The notes under the pieces were generated by a model that had not been told where the DNA came from, did not search any database, and saw only the letters and a list, made by a program, of their open reading frames with translations. A stretch of DNA of 64,000 nucleotides from the human T2T-CHM13v2.0 reference genome, Homo sapiens. The number at the start of each line of letters is the position of its first letter. Positions within the stretch are counted from its first letter, which is position 1. Below are positions 27,568 to 42,330 of the stretch, piece after piece. The stretch is taken from the NCBI RefSeq assembly GCF_009914755.1, contig NC_060930.1, one strand, 5' to 3'. A program made the position numbers and the translations under genes.

Positions 27568-29444
27568 AAAAAAACTGGTTTACTGAAAAAAATATAGTGT
27601 CTTTCTGAGGAATTTGTAATTCAAGAAAAGTTACTAGTAGTTTTTTGGGTAGAATTCACCAAAGGCATAACACTTGGCCAATCACATTACACAATGCCAA
27701 ATGTTCAGAAATTCAGAAACACCTATCTCTTAAGGTAGTTTTTTTTTCAATTTTATCTGCAATTTTGTATTCAGAGAATTGCCACTACTTTGTATGCATG
27801 AAGCACTATTACTATTTCTAGTACCTTTTTATACTGTCCTACAGTAAGACAGGATTTGAGCTGGATTACAATAAAGTGCTCAGAGGCCATAAATCATTTA
27901 AATAAAAGTAACAGAACTAAAGCCAATAAGGAAGGGAGAAATGATGTAAAGATTTTATAAATATTTTATGTTGTCTATAAGTAGAAATTTTTCATGCAAT
28001 TACTTCAGAATACTTTACAATCTTCTAATTAATCTTCGTAAAATATCTGACATGGCAAGGTAGCAAGTATTGCCCTCATACCACGAATATGAATTGTCAC
28101 TGTTTGGCTAAAGTAGAAGGTTGGGCATAGTCAGCATATATAGCTAGTCCAAAAGCATGCTTTCTCCAAACACACACGAGTTTTTTAAAAATTTTTTCCT
28201 GCAATTTCAAGTCACTCCATGATTAACTTAAGAGAGGAGGATCTATTCAAACGTAAGAATTTTTTTATTGATTCATCAAAGTTGTAACATAGAAAGCATA
28301 AAACAAAAAAAAATCTGTTAACATTCATAAAATACTATTATGCAGTTGTAGTCAAAGCACAGAAACAATTTTTATTAAAGAGTTTTTTGCTCAGCATTAT
28401 ATTTTAAGCATTTTTATAACTCCACAATCTTTTGGCAACGATAGGAAGTTGCTGCCTACCATTCAATCAAGTTGATGCACTATAACTTAATGAGCCATTA
28501 AGTTATAATAACATTTAGGTCATTTTCAATTTTTATATTATGAATAATAATTGTGATGCAAGTCTGGCTTCCCATCTTTTGGATTACTTCCTTTTAGTAA
28601 ATTATCAGATAGGAGATTACTGAGAATGTCAAAGAATATGAATATTATTGCTTCTCAGTTTGCACTGCCATCAGCAATACAGGAGGTTATAAGTTTTGCT
28701 CCCACTATTTAAACATAGGTGCTCTCACTTTTTCTACTTTCATGAGTATAATTGATGAAAGTTTGCATTTGCTAATATAGTAACTTTAAATTTTGCGTTC
28801 TGGCATTCAAAGATAGGTGAATTTACTCCATTATACTAATTATATTATATTATATTATTTGCACACATTCATGTGCAAATACATAAGTATATATTAATAT
28901 AAGTAATATATATCACCCTACTGATGAATCATTTTGTCTCTATGCTTAGATCAGTGATCTTTTTTTTCTTAAACAGGTTTTTCTAGAAATAAGTAATACC
29001 ACATAATATTTTTAAGTCTTTTGCTGAGAAAATCCTGTAAACTCCCCAAGTGTCAGGTGTATCATCCATTCTTTTTACTACTATTTTGTAAGGACCTCAA
29101 GAAATGGATATACAGATTTAGTAAATAATCCAAAGAACAAGCCCTACTCTTAAGAAGCTGTTGTTTCAAGAAACCGAAGCAGATAGTTAGAGGTCTTTAA
29201 GAATGGATTGCATCTCCTTTCTCCTTCCCTAGCCTACCCCATCTCATGTCACTTTATAGCCCTTTGGATCTGAGTGATGTAAATTCTAACAATGGAGACT
29301 TAGTGAGGGCAAAATATATGAAGGGAAAACGAAGTAAAATACAAGTTGTGATGTGAGGAAAGCAGTGCAATGCATGTTTGGCACACTCGTGTGCCTTTAG
29401 GTGGTATGTGTATTTGTGGCTGTGTGTGGCTGCATGGTTTCTTG

Positions 29445-29685
29445 TCAAGAATTCAAGTGCTGGAATTAGACCGAGTTCAGATTACGTTTTTTTGCCACTT
29501 GCTGACTATGTGATCTTGGGCAAGTTGCTAAACCACTCTGTGCCTCAGTTTCCTCATCTGTAAAATGGAGATAATAAAAATATTTACTTTCTGAGGTGGT
29601 TGTAGGATTAATCCGTGGAAAGCCTTTAGAGTGCATGGCACATAGTAAATGCTTAATAAATGTTAACTATGATTATTGTTATTGT
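29445..29685 (+). mobile_element. MIR SINE, well preserved
   Basis: tgtgatcttgggcaagttgctaaaccactctgtgcctcagtttcctcatctgtaaaatggagataata...gcacatagtaaatgcttaataaatgtta. Confidence 0.88.
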
Positions 29686-32600
29686 CACTGTATAAGAGCT
29701 TATTTCTCTCAGTAAAGAATGATTCAGTAGAGACATTTTATTCCCTTTTATTTTGTGGCACATATTCTTAGATGTTCCAAGATATTTTCCCATAGGGAAT
29801 GATTTGAGCAGTATCTGGAAGATTCTGTTCTTAATTGTATCCTCCACTAATTTGCCAAGTTCCACTATTACAGCCATTCCTTTTATTTAGTCTTGCCCTA
29901 CTCATTTTACTGAAATGCAGAAGGGGTGGGGTATATCTGCTGTCTCCTTCGTATCAACATGGTTGTCGGGACTTTTTTAGTGGTCAAGACCACACAGGAG
30001 CCCATGCTGCTTCTAGAGGAAGGCATGGAGATGGGAAAGGCAGTCCTTCCAGTGGAGGAAGGAAGAGGGTTGACAGCTGGCTCTATATGCTCCCCTGGAT
30101 ATCGCATCTTGATGTGAGATGTGTCTGGAAAGGCTCTAACTCTCTGGGAATAACAGATTCAAGAGTTATATGGTGTATCTGAACAAGAGGTTTCTGCATG
30201 ACACTTGAAAGGATATTTTCCTAGAATCAGTAATCTGTGATCTGCCCCTGGGTTCACAGGGAGGATCTTGTCCACAGAGCTCTGTGGACAGAAATTGGCT
30301 GATAGCAAAGAAAAAACAGAGGGAAGAAAAGAATTAAAAATGAAACCCAGGTGCAAATGCATGTAATCCCAGGGCTATGAAGGAGCAGAAAACTTGCCTT
30401 GACTGAGAAGCTTTTTCAAAATTAAGTGGCGCAACTATTTTTAGGTTCTGGAAAAAAAAGTCCTTTCTTCCCACTAACACTAGTTTTTAGATACATAAAT
30501 GACAACATTTCTGGCTAGAAAAGAAAATGAATTTCCACCTAGGACAAGTTTATAGAAAGGTTAATCATATTGATAGAATAAAATAGGCCAATTTTCACTG
30601 CAAAGAAATATTTCAGTGTGCAGAATTTCCAGAGAGAAGAATATTTTCTCATGATTTTCATTTTGGAGTTAAATTTACAGGAAACAGCTTTTAGCTCTCA
30701 AGTAGAAATAGTTTTGAATTTTTTTCTCTTTTCCTTCTAGTAATGCAGAGATCCAGAACACCATCTTCTTGTTGCTGTTGCTGCTTATAGACTTTTTAAA
30801 ATATAAAAATAGTGGGTTCTTCAATTTACTGATGGTTGACTTGACTCCAAGAGGTGACCATACCTGCCGTGACCTCCCTTGTCACAGTCTCTGGAACTGT
30901 GGGCATTCTCAGGAGGCCCAGTGCCTGCCATGGTATGGCAGTGTGGAGCAATCCAGTGCTCTGCTTCCTAGAAGCGTTGGCCTATCTCTCCATTGAGAAC
31001 CTTCTTGGTCAACACCTGTTTCTTCCTCATGCTTGCTACCTTTCTTTCTCAGACCATCAGGACAGTCTGAATATAAATGCCACATGTTTGTGTGTGTCCT
31101 TCTATCTCTTCCCTAGAAATTGAAACACAACTCAGTTTTGAAAGTTTGAATCCTTATGAAATCTGAAGTTAATAAAGATATATCAGCAAGAGAAACAGAA
31201 AACAGCACATCAGAAAAAGGAGAAACTGCCTGTGCAGGGAAGGCCTTGATACTGTGTCTAAAGATGAACTGCTTCTGGTGGGTGTTTGCTAGGCCTGAGA
31301 GAAGAGTGCCTTGTTGGACAAGACATCTTGCTTCAGAGAGGAAAGTAATTTGGCTGCATCTTATAGTCCATTATCTCATTGCTTACTATGAAATTCTCCT
31401 CTCTGCCTTTGAAACACTTACTTTATCATCTGTCAAGTCCAGTTGGAAACAGGGAATTAGAAATGTTGGCTGCTTCCAGCTCTGATTCAGCACTCCAGGG
31501 GCATAAGAGCCAGGAGAAATATGCTAGTCCACAAATGAGCTGCTCATAGTAGCAGGTGGTTGATGAAGTCTGGTCAGTAAATAGTGCTGAGTCCTAGAAT
31601 AACACCATGCAATAGGCAAGCGTTTAATAAATGCAATCCGAAGGTGAACTTGCGGCAGAGACCTAAACCAAGGTGACTGTATGTGGTCAGCAACACGTAT
31701 GAAGCCTACTCTGTGTTTGTCTTTGCTTCCTGAGTATGACCCTTTGAGGCAAGCCTTTTTAGGGGCATGGAGCCAGGGACAAGAAAATTACAGTACTTGA
31801 AAGAAAAGCCCTCCAAGACATGCACACCTGGCTAGCGGCTCAGAAGTGACTTGTGCCGTTTTAGAGATCTGCAGTCACTTCCCTCCACAAAGCAGCAGAA
31901 ATGAACATCAAGGTCTGGCCTGCTGCCTCCTCCTCCCCTTCCTTCTACTCCCCCTCCTAAGTTTCAGCTTTCCAGAATTAAAGTTTGAATGTTTACTTCC
32001 TTTTTTGTCAAAGTGAGGGACGCAGTTGGAAAGCTTCTTAACAGGGGTTATACAAAGGCTAAATCAGTAGATGGAGGAAAAGGTCAAACAGAATTCAAGA
32101 ACAAGGACGTCACGTTTCTATGGGCTTATGAGTAAAACATCCTCCTCTTTGTTATGATCTATACTTCTGAAATAAGGCATCCTGCTAGGCATTTTGTAAA
32201 GAATACTGCCTTACATCCGATCTTTAGTGTACAAGTACACTCAGGACACACAAGTCCACCAGAGGGTCATTAAAACTCAAAATATCCAAATTTCAATTTT
32301 GCCTCTTATTTGTTAACATGCTAACAAACCAAAAAGCTAATAATTATTCTGTCCTTCAGAATCATTCTCTGGGTTATAAACTCTTAGTCAATCATAACAT
32401 ACTCTCTAAAATACCATTCAAGAACCTTCCATGCTACTTGGATTCTATATTATGGTTCTACAACAGAAACACAGTTTATGTTGTTTAACAAAAAGATGCA
32501 TGTGAAATAAAGAAGAGGCTAGAAGCATGGTGAAATCTCCCCTGTTGGAAGCATTTAGATGCCGGGTACCAGCCATCTGTGCTGACTGTTGTATGGGACC

Positions 32601-35088
32601 CTGCCCAGCCCTTCATTTGGCTTGGCTGCTCTGCAGGCCAGCTGAACTTCCTACTCACTCCACAGTCCAGTTGGATCTCAGCATCTGTCTCTGTATACAC
32701 AGATTAAACACCTGCTGGTTTCTAAACACTCTAAAGACCTCTGCTGCCCAGAGAGTGAAGGGAGGTTACAGCTTTAACAGCACATTTGGGTGATTTCTGA
32801 CACTCGCTACAATTAAATATACTGTACAAAATTCACATTCTCTCCAATGTATTTCCCTCACCAGTTCTCCTCCAGATATTTCTGTAGAGAGAGAATAGCA
32901 CCAGGTATTGACCCACCTGTGTTACATAGTTGGAGGGCTGGTGTCTTCCATCAGGTCCCCCTCATAGGCCCAGCAGCCTGGTATTCTCTTTTGCCAGAGG
33001 TCCTATAAAAGACAGCTGGGTTACCACTCCATGCACTGGGCCTGCGAGAAGATGGGGACATGTAAGAGCCCAAACTCTTAAGTTATTGCCATCATGTTAA
33101 CTATAGGGTTTGATGCAGTCAACCAAGCACCATGAAAGACAGAGTCTCACAGTCCCTTCTGATGATACCTGCTGTGAGCATGTGGTACCTCCTCCCATCC
33201 CCACTGCCTGCCTTTAACTGGCCATGGTGTACAGCATTTTTTGCAACCTTCCTCATGTAGCAATGATCTACATTTACATTGGAGTATTTGTGAAGAATTC
33301 AGAAGTCTCTCTACCCTTGTCTTCCATGTAATCTATGCTAACTCATTGAGCATGCTGTTTTATGTCTAGACCTCTCATCTTTGAAGAGATAGAGACATAA
33401 AGTTGTCCCTACAGTGCTGAAACACTTCACATAGGCTCATTTTAAAATACCTTCAGGTCTTTTCATTGTTTCTATTTGAGATTTTTTTGGTCTCTATGCT
33501 AACAAGTATGCCTTAGTAGGAAAAGTCTTTTTATTTCTTTTAGTTTCCAATTTTATCATAGTTGAGTCACGTTATTTGTATCTTGAAGGAATTTTAATAC
33601 TAGTAGAGGCTGGAGACTTGATTCTACCTCATTAACGCATCTCCTTCTGCCCCTCCTTTTTTGGTCTTAAAGTCTTCCAAAGCAGCTCAGCAGTCTTTCT
33701 CTATTTCTAGGCATATACTTTTAATAAACTTTCCCATAAGTATCAATGACAGAGTGCTTGCAGATGTATTCTGGGATTGTCAATGGAACCAAAAGTTTAT
33801 GTGTCAAACATGAAAAGGAGAGTTAGTGAGAAAACTAGTGCCTCTCATCTCTCTCACTAATATATCTCAGATAGCATTGAGAATGCATAGAGGAGAACAC
33901 TCTGTAAGAAAACATTTTATGAAATATGTATCACAGCAGCCATCATGTTCTGTTCTTCAAAGGGCCTCATTTCTCACCTTCCTGGGATTAGCTATGGAAC
34001 TGGAATATAGATTAGGCAATATCCATTCCTTTATAGCTAGATAACTTTCACAGGTTCCTAACCCACTCGCCTTTGATTTTATATGTTGTTGTTCTAGAAA
34101 AATAAATAATCATCATGTGAATAGAGCTCTGCTTTTCTAGATATTATTACACATGATCCATAACCTACTCCTCATTCATCTTTTATCACATCATTTAAGT
34201 GTCTTTTAGCTTTATAAATCTTTCTTTTCTGCCCCTTCCACATCCTCTTGAACTATACTTGTCCCCACTCCAAACCAAAGGAACTAAGAACCTTGCCCAT
34301 AATAAAATTCCAAGCATTTCCCCAAGTATAGGAAAAGAGGAGTTGTTAAGGATGCAAGATAATTTACTCATGAATGACTTCTTAGCTGAACCAAAATAGA
34401 AATAAACTTTTCCAAGAGTGGAAGAAATGGTGACCTTTTGTTCCACAGATTTTCACAAGACAAATTGAATCTGACACCAATTGTCTTGGATCTGGACTCA
34501 GAGGAAATTCTCTCTAGGCCATTTGGGAAAGGAGTTCCCCTCTCCTACTCCCAGTTCACCCCAAACTCTCCCATCCCAGTCCTTCCATTCCCACCCATTA
34601 TTCTAGGGCCATAGAGATGACTCAGAGTCTTAACTTATCAAAGTGCACTGGACCACCCATATGCATATTTCCCAAACCTGCACTGTCCTTTGGAACCCAG
34701 AAGGTTTGCTGGTTTTATGCCAGCCAACCTTGCACACAGGAATCTCCACAGGCTGGAAGCCCTGGTCCTTAGGATACACCTTTCCTAAATGGCCTACAAC
34801 CCATTCTGCCTACAGGTCTGCAACCTCCCCCTCCCCAAAGTGGAATGAGGGGGTGGATCTAGGTCCCTATCATTTATAGAACCTACCATAGTCTTGGGGA
34901 ATCTTCCCCCAACTTGATAGTTCTGTGCTGTCCTTCCTCTAGGTAATGTCTGCCTTTACCCCTAACATAATCCCTCCATGGGATGCCAGAAACAAAAGGG
35001 ATACTTCCGGGAGCATTTGCTTTAGCCCCCTCAGTTTCCCTGCCTAATAGAAACTATTCAGATGCCAGGATATTCCAACCTTAGGGGA

Positions 35089-35386
35089 GGGTCAGGCTCA
35101 GTGGCTCACACGTGTATACCCAGGACTTTGGGAGGCCAAGGCAGGAGGATCACCTGAGGCAGGAGGTTCGAGACCAGCCTGGGCGACATAGCAAGATCCT
35201 GTCTCTACAAAAAGTTAAAAAATTAGCCAGGCATGGTAGTGCATGCCTGTAGTCCCACCTACTCAAGAGGCTGAGGTGGAGGATCACTTGAGCTCAGGAG
35301 TTCCAGGCTGCAGTGAGCCATGATCACACCACTGCACTTCAGCCTTGTATCATAGCAAGACTCCCACCTCAAAAAAAAAAAAAATT
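35089..35386 (+). mobile_element. AluJ-type full-length Alu
   Basis: Dimeric Alu with A-tail; degenerate TSD aaccttagggga / aaccttagagga; J-type ggaggatcacttgagc and gctgcagtgagccatgat. Confidence 0.9.
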
Positions 35387-36032
35387 AAAAACCTTAGAGG
35401 AAAAAACCACAGGAGGAAAATCACATAACTAAATGCCTCAATACGTTTTTTTACTATCAACATAAACTAAAACCTAGTCTCTTGTTAGCCAAGCTTTCTG
35501 AAGTTAACCTATGTTATCTATCTCTCTCAAGGAAGAAATGACCCAAGGTCAGGCTGATCTCTTATTCATTCCAAGGCACTATATCAGCAACCGAGTCATT
35601 AAACAAGGCCAACTCTGCCTTTTTCACTGTGAGAACTTCATTAGATTTATCTGAAGTGTGCTTGAAAAATAATCTAATTTATGTTGCTCCAAATAGTTTA
35701 ATTAGAATTCAATTAAATTCAACAGAATGCATACATCATTTTACATGGTGCACCTTGATTTATTTTATTTGCTTTTTTTTTAAAGATGCAGTGGAGTTAT
35801 TTGACCCTGCAGTATTATATCCAAAATAATCCATTTCATGCATAAACAACCTGGTCTTCAGGAGCACTAAGGGGGAAAATAATGTGTGCTCATTATTATG
35901 CATGTCACGTACAACTCATTTGAATTTAGTCTCTTTGGCAACGCGTGCACCGGTGAGATAGGTGCATCATATCAGTTCACTTATACTTCCATAGAGGATA
36001 TTTTTTAGCCCCTCCCTTGTTTTTCAGCAGAA

Positions 36033-36058
36033 ACACACACACACACACACACACACAC
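36033..36058. repeat. (AC)n microsatellite
   Basis: Seen directly. Confidence 0.95.
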
Positions 36059-36088
36059 TCAAATGGATCAATCAAGGAAAATAAATGA

Positions 36089-36474
<386 letters not shown>

Positions 36475-37297
36475 TTTAAAACTGTCTTCTTTATGGATAG
36501 TTCAAAATACTAAATCATCTGGAAATGGCTTTTCTGTTATGGAGTAGACATGCAGAACTGGGATACAATCTGTCTTGGGTACTATGTAAGTGCCATTGGA
36601 AGGATGCTGACTTTCCAGGAGATGACTGACTTTCCAGGAAGGCCATAAAAAGTCAGTCTATCTTTTGGGTTGTTGGTGGCCATGAATCAGATTAATATGG
36701 CAGAAATCTCCCATGGCTATTTCTGTTATTCCAGAAACATGGTGGGGATAGCAAGTGTCTTTTCCCTGTGTTTTCTTGCTCCCAAATTACTTGTAGCTGA
36801 AGCATGCACAAGTAGAAAGTGAAGCCAGTGTGCTCTTGGTTTACCAGTCTGCCGAAGCTGTTATCCTTAGCATTGTTCACCATCAGGCAGCATTATTGCT
36901 GCTGTTATATCAAAGGAGCATTAAATGGCTGTAAAAACCTGGGGATGGTGGTGGGGAGGAGGTAGGGAGCTAGAAAATATACTTTAGCACAAAAAATTTT
37001 TCGAGTTATAGTGTTTATTTTTCAGCTATTGAAGTTTTACTTCATTTTCCCTTTAGTGGAACTTTAAAAAAATGGATGAAGCCATTCCCATTTCTTTTAT
37101 TTGAAAGACAAAATCTTAATGTTCTCTTATTTGGTATTTTGTCACATACCCATCAGATGTCCTGTGTGCCCGTGAAGAGTCTGGAAACATTATAGCAGCC
37201 TTTACTAGGTGAGACAGATGAGCAAGGTGCATTGAGTCAAAGATCTGAAATTACTTGGATTTACCCAAATTTTGACATAGGATAAAATGAAGGAAGT

Positions 37298-38841
37298 TGC
37301 GTCTTGGTTCAGGCTGCTGTAACAGCATATAGTCATAGGCTTCATAATGATTAGAGTCAATGATGGACGGCACATATAACAGTGGTCCCATAAGATTTTA
37401 ATGGAGCTAAGAAAGTCTTATCACCTAGAGACGTTGTAGACTTCATAGTGTAGTAGCGCAATGTATTACTCAGACATTTCTGGTGATAGTGGTGTAAACA
37501 AACTTCTATGCTGGCAGTTGTACAAAAGTATAGCACATACAATTATGTACAGTAATACTTGTACTATATAATTACGTATTATAATACTTGATAGTAAACA
37601 TGTTATTGGTTTATGTATTTACTATACTATACTTTTAATCTTTTAGAGTGTATTCCTTTTGTTTTTTTTTTTTGTATAAAAGTTAACTGTAAAACAGCCT
37701 CAAACAGGTCCTTCAGGAGATATCCCAGAAGAAGGCATTGTTATCATAGGAGATGACAGCTTCATGGGTATTATTGCCCTAAAGACCTTCCAGTGGGACA
37801 AGATGTTGAAGGGGAAGACAGTGATATTGATGACCTTGATCCTTTGTAGGCCTAGGCTAATGTGTGTGCTGCATTTTAGTTTTAACAAAAAAGTTTAAAA
37901 AGCAAAATAAATAATGTTAAAAGTAGAAATAAGCTTATAGAATAAGTAAAGAAAATATTTTTCTATAGCTGTACAATGTGTTTATGTTTTGATCTAAGTG
38001 TTATCACAAGAGTCAAAACATTTTTAAAAATGAAAAAAGTTTATAAGGTAAGAAAGATACAGTAAGCTAAGGTTAATTTACTATTAAAGAAAGGAAAATA
38101 TTTTAACTAAATTTAGTACAGCCTAAGTTTATAAAGTCTACAGTAGTGCCCAGTAGTGTCCTAGGCCCTCACATTCACTCACCACTCACTCACTGACTCA
38201 AGCAGAGCAACTTCCAGTCCTGCAAGCTCCATTCATGATAAGTGCCCTATACAGGTGTACCATTTTTCTGTTTTTTATACCATATTTTCACTGTACCTTT
38301 TCTATATTTAGATATGCTTAGATACACAAATACTTACCATTGTGTTACAACTGCATACAGTATTCAGTACAGTAACATGCTGCACAAGTTTGTAGCCTAG
38401 GAGCAATAGTATAGGTGTGTAGTAGGCTATACCATCTAGGTTTGCGTAAGTACACTCTATGATTGCACAATTATTAAAATCACTTGAGGATGCATTTTCA
38501 TTCTTAAGTGATACATGACTGTACCATAGACTGGGTGGCTTATAAACAACAGAAACCTATTTCTTACAGTTCTAGTGGATGGAAGTCCAAGATCAGGGTG
38601 CTAGGATGGTCAGGTTCCTGTGAGGGGCCCCCTTCCTGGTTGCAGACTGCCACTGTATCCTCACATGGCAGAAAGAGGGCAAGAGAGTTCTCTGGGATCC
38701 TTTTTACCCTGTTCATGAGGACTCCATCCTCATGACCTAATCAGCATCCAATGGCTCCACTTCCTAATACCACCACATTGTGGGGGAGGTAGGATTTCAA
38801 CATATGAATATTGGGAAGAAACAAACATTCAGTCCATTACG
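37298..38841 (-). mobile_element. MLT1A-type MaLR solo LTR split by Tigger3
   Basis: caggctgctgtaacagcata | ccatagactgggtggcttataaacaacagaaa...acaaacattcagtccatta rejoins across the insert. Confidence 0.8.
37330..38521 (+). mobile_element. Tigger3b-like non-autonomous DNA transposon (~1.19 kb) with TA TSD
   Basis: Ends (t)agtcat...catgactg flanked by TA (37328-37329 and 38522-38523); internal gtggtcccataagattttaatggagct and cagagcaacttccagtcctgcaagctccattcatg. Confidence 0.85.
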
Positions 38842-39309
38842 AGATGGTTTGTAAATGGTTTCATCTGGAGAACACAATAAATGACTGCTTTCCCTACCAG
38901 TCCTCGTTTCACTGGACTGGATTTCACTGAATTCCACTGAGCCAGGTGAACTGGAGTGTACATTTATGTTCACAAAAGTGATACTTCATTTTTTTTCCTT
39001 CTTTGTTCTTAAAGAAAGTGTCAGTGGTTCCCACAACTTGAGGGCCTGAGACTGGTTTTTAGTTTTATCCTTGGCAGTGGCTCCTCCTAAAACAGGCTAA
39101 TTGCTTTTACATAGAATATGAATTTAATGAGACTGCTTATTTTCCGAATAAAAATCTTAGGTTTATAATCTGCCTGACATTTTTGTTTTGCCTGATGTTT
39201 TACCACAATGTTTGGTCTTGGTAGCTTTTAAAAAGGTTGAGCTTTTTATAAACCTCATAAACCAGCTTGAGTTGTCTTTTCTTTTCACTCCCAGCCCCCT
39301 CATCATTGT

Positions 39310-39426
39310 CTTTTTTAAAATAAATTTAATGTATATATTTAAGGTACACAACATGATGCTACTACATATATAAGATACACATATATATGGTAAAATAGTT
39401 ACTAGAATGGAACAGATTAACATATC
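39310..39426 (-). mobile_element. L1MA-type extreme 3' end fragment
   Basis: tgtatatatttaaggtacacaacatgatg...cagattaacatatc. Confidence 0.7.
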
Positions 39427-40814
39427 AAGTCTTTAAACATTCTCCTTAGATTGCCCTGCCTCAAGGGCTTTCTTTCCCACTGGTCTATCCTCCTTTTCTC
39501 TTCCATCTTAATGGCAACTGAGAAGCTTTTGAGATTTCCCACTTTATGACATCCCTTTCTTCTAATTGCCTTTTTCTCTGTTAAGCCTGAAGCAGGAGTG
39601 GCAGTAACAGAATTATATTTATTCATTTTTTTGTTAGAATCATCCCTGCAGTAGAAATTTCAACAGGTCAAATTTCTTCCCCGTCATTATAATATTTAAT
39701 TATGGTAAATATCCAATTTTCATTCTTATAGAAGACCTTTTCGTCTAGAATAAATTTTATCTAGCCCATGCTGCAAAAATTGGATTTCGATGTAATTTTG
39801 AGGCATCTTTTAAGGCAGTCTGTCAAAAGTGCTGAGATAAAATTACTCTTTTATTGTCAGGTTCTTGTAACAGGGCAATTGGAGTCATCTTTTGATGCAA
39901 AGAATGATGAAGAAAAATGTCAGCTAGCCTCCACTCTGAATTTTTTTACTACTTGAAAGCAAAGGCCAGATATCTTTGTCTTCTAAAATGAGGCATAACT
40001 CTCCTACTTATTTATCCAGGTTCTCTGCATGTTCTTTCAAGTTAAATGCATAATTGATTATCTCAGTTGATTATACATTTTTCAAGCAGGTTTTAATTAT
40101 GTGTGGAGAAGTTCAGCACTCGATGGAATCTAATTTTCCCAATTTGCTCATCTTTAAATACACTACATTTCAAGCATAAAAATGTAGTAAATAAGTGACA
40201 AAATAATGAAATTTGACATGGGTTTTTATTTTAAGAGAAAGTGAGTCACCGATCCACTTGCATACTTTCTTTGTTTTTATTTATTCAATAGATTTTAAAG
40301 TTAGATGTTTGCCATTTGGCCTCAGAGTTCACTAACATAATTCAAAATGCAAAGCTAAAAGCATTGTGTAAGGAAAAATGCCAAAGTCATTTAGCAATGT
40401 ATAAAGAAAAAAACAGCAAAAGTAATCCTTAAAAGGTTGCCCCCTCTTTCCTACTCTCCAAGATGTTATTAAGTGTGAGAACTAGAGTCAAAGTTCCTAT
40501 TTAAAACTAAAATCTGTTAGTTTCATAATACTCATTTCATGTAAGACTTCTTAAATATTCCTCATTTCTTTTTTGTTTTCCTTCCTCAGTTTCTAAAGGG
40601 CAGGAATCCTCTAAACTTTCCAAACTGGAGAATAAACTTCTTAGTCAGAACTTGGGGAAAGAATGCTGAGATGCATGTTAACAATATTTTTTCTAGTTTT
40701 TTTCTAAATGTATCATAATGCAATTTTATAGACAAATTTAAGTAATCACTGAAAGTGTTGGTACTTCCAAATATACTTAAAGATAATTAAAACTATTCTG
40801 AATATCGACCATGA

Positions 40815-40995
40815 GGTAGTTACTGTCAGAGGCAGTTTATATAAACCACCTTATTTAATCCTCATGACAGCCTGTGGGATATGTATTATGATCTCCATTT
40901 TATAGATGAGGAAAATGAGTCTCAGCTAGTTAGTGGCAGTTAGGATCCAAATTCAGATCTATTTAGTTTCAAAACTTTTCATTTGACTATACCAT
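40815..40995 (-). mobile_element. MIR SINE
   Basis: ttatttaatcctcatgacagcctgtgg...ctccattttatagatgaggaaaatgag. Confidence 0.75.
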
Positions 40996-41062
40996 GATGG
41001 TTTTCTGATGGAAGATGGCAAAGGCTCTTACCAACCAAGCTAGTGATTTAAAACTTATCTTT

Positions 41063-41685
41063 TTAGTTCAACCATTGTGGAAGACAGTGACTCCTCAAAG
41101 ACCTAGAACCAGAACTACCATTTGACCCAGCAATCCCATTACTGGGTATATACCCAAAGGAATATAAATCATTCTATTATAAAGATACATTCATGCGTAT
41201 GTTCAGTGCAGCACTATTCACAATAGCAATGATATGGAATCAACCCAAATGCCCATCAATGATAGACTGGATAAAGAAAATGTGGTACACATACACTACA
41301 GAATACTATGCAGCCATAAAAAGGAACAAGATCATGTCCTTTGCAGGGACATGGATGAAGCTAGAAGCCATTATCCTAAGCAAACTAACACAGGAACAGA
41401 AAACCAAACACAGCATGTTCTCACTTATACATGGGAGCTGAACCATGTGAACACATGGACACAGGGAGGGAAACAACACACACTGGGGCCTGCAGGGGGT
41501 CGGGGGGAGGGAGAGCATCAGGATAAATAGCTAATGCATGCTGGGCTTAATACCTAGGTGATAGGTTGACAGGTGCAGCAAACCACCTTGGCACAGGTTT
41601 ACCTGTGTAACAAACCTGCACATCCTACACATGTATCCCAGAACTTAAAAAAAAAAAAAAATTGAAAATGTTAAAAAAAAAAAAA
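41063..41685 (+). mobile_element. Older primate L1 (L1PA8-13-like) 3' end with poly(A)
   Basis: ORF2 C-terminal remnant [27 protein letters not shown] (41193..41441), followed by the 3'UTR and A-tail; degenerate TSD aaaacttatctt / aaaccttacctt. Confidence 0.9.
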
Positions 41686-41999
41686 CCTTACCTTGTCAGT
41701 TGTCTCTAAAGTAAGAGTTCACATCCCAGGGGGATATGTGATCCCCTAGTATTACGGAAGAAAATATTATCATTACTTTATATGTGAAAAGGAAGAAAAC
41801 AATATTTATTTTATATGTGGAAAAATAAGAAATTAAACTTCATTAATTTTTAACATGTAAATTGACCCTTGTGCAATCACTCAGTTAAGTCAGACATTCA
41901 AATCTTTCTTGTTTTTCTTTTTCAAACAGCTGCATAATTTTATTTTTCTTTTCCTTATATTTTTCTTCTCTCTTTTATTCTCTTCCTTCCTTCTCTTTA

Positions 42000-42330
42000 T
42001 TTTTAATAACAAATTTGTTGCGGTATAATTTACTTACCATACAATTTACCCATTTAAAGTGTACAATTCAATGGTTTTTAGTATATTAGTATTTCGTATA
42101 CAGATCCATGCAACTGATACTACAGTCTATCAATGAACAATTTTATCACCTCAAAAAGAAATTCGTACCCATTCATTAGCTGTCACTCCCTACCTCTCCA
42201 TACCCACAAGCCTAAGCAAGCAGCTGTTTCCTGTCTTTGTGGATTGACCTGTGCTGTGCATTTCATAAGAAGGGAATCATGTGGTCTTTTCTGACTGGCT
42301 TCTTTTGATGAGTGACTCTTTTAAGGTACA
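42000..42330 (-). mobile_element. L1MB-type 3' end fragment
   Basis: tataatttacttaccatacaatttacccatttaaagtgtacaattcaatggtttttagtatatt. Confidence 0.8.
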
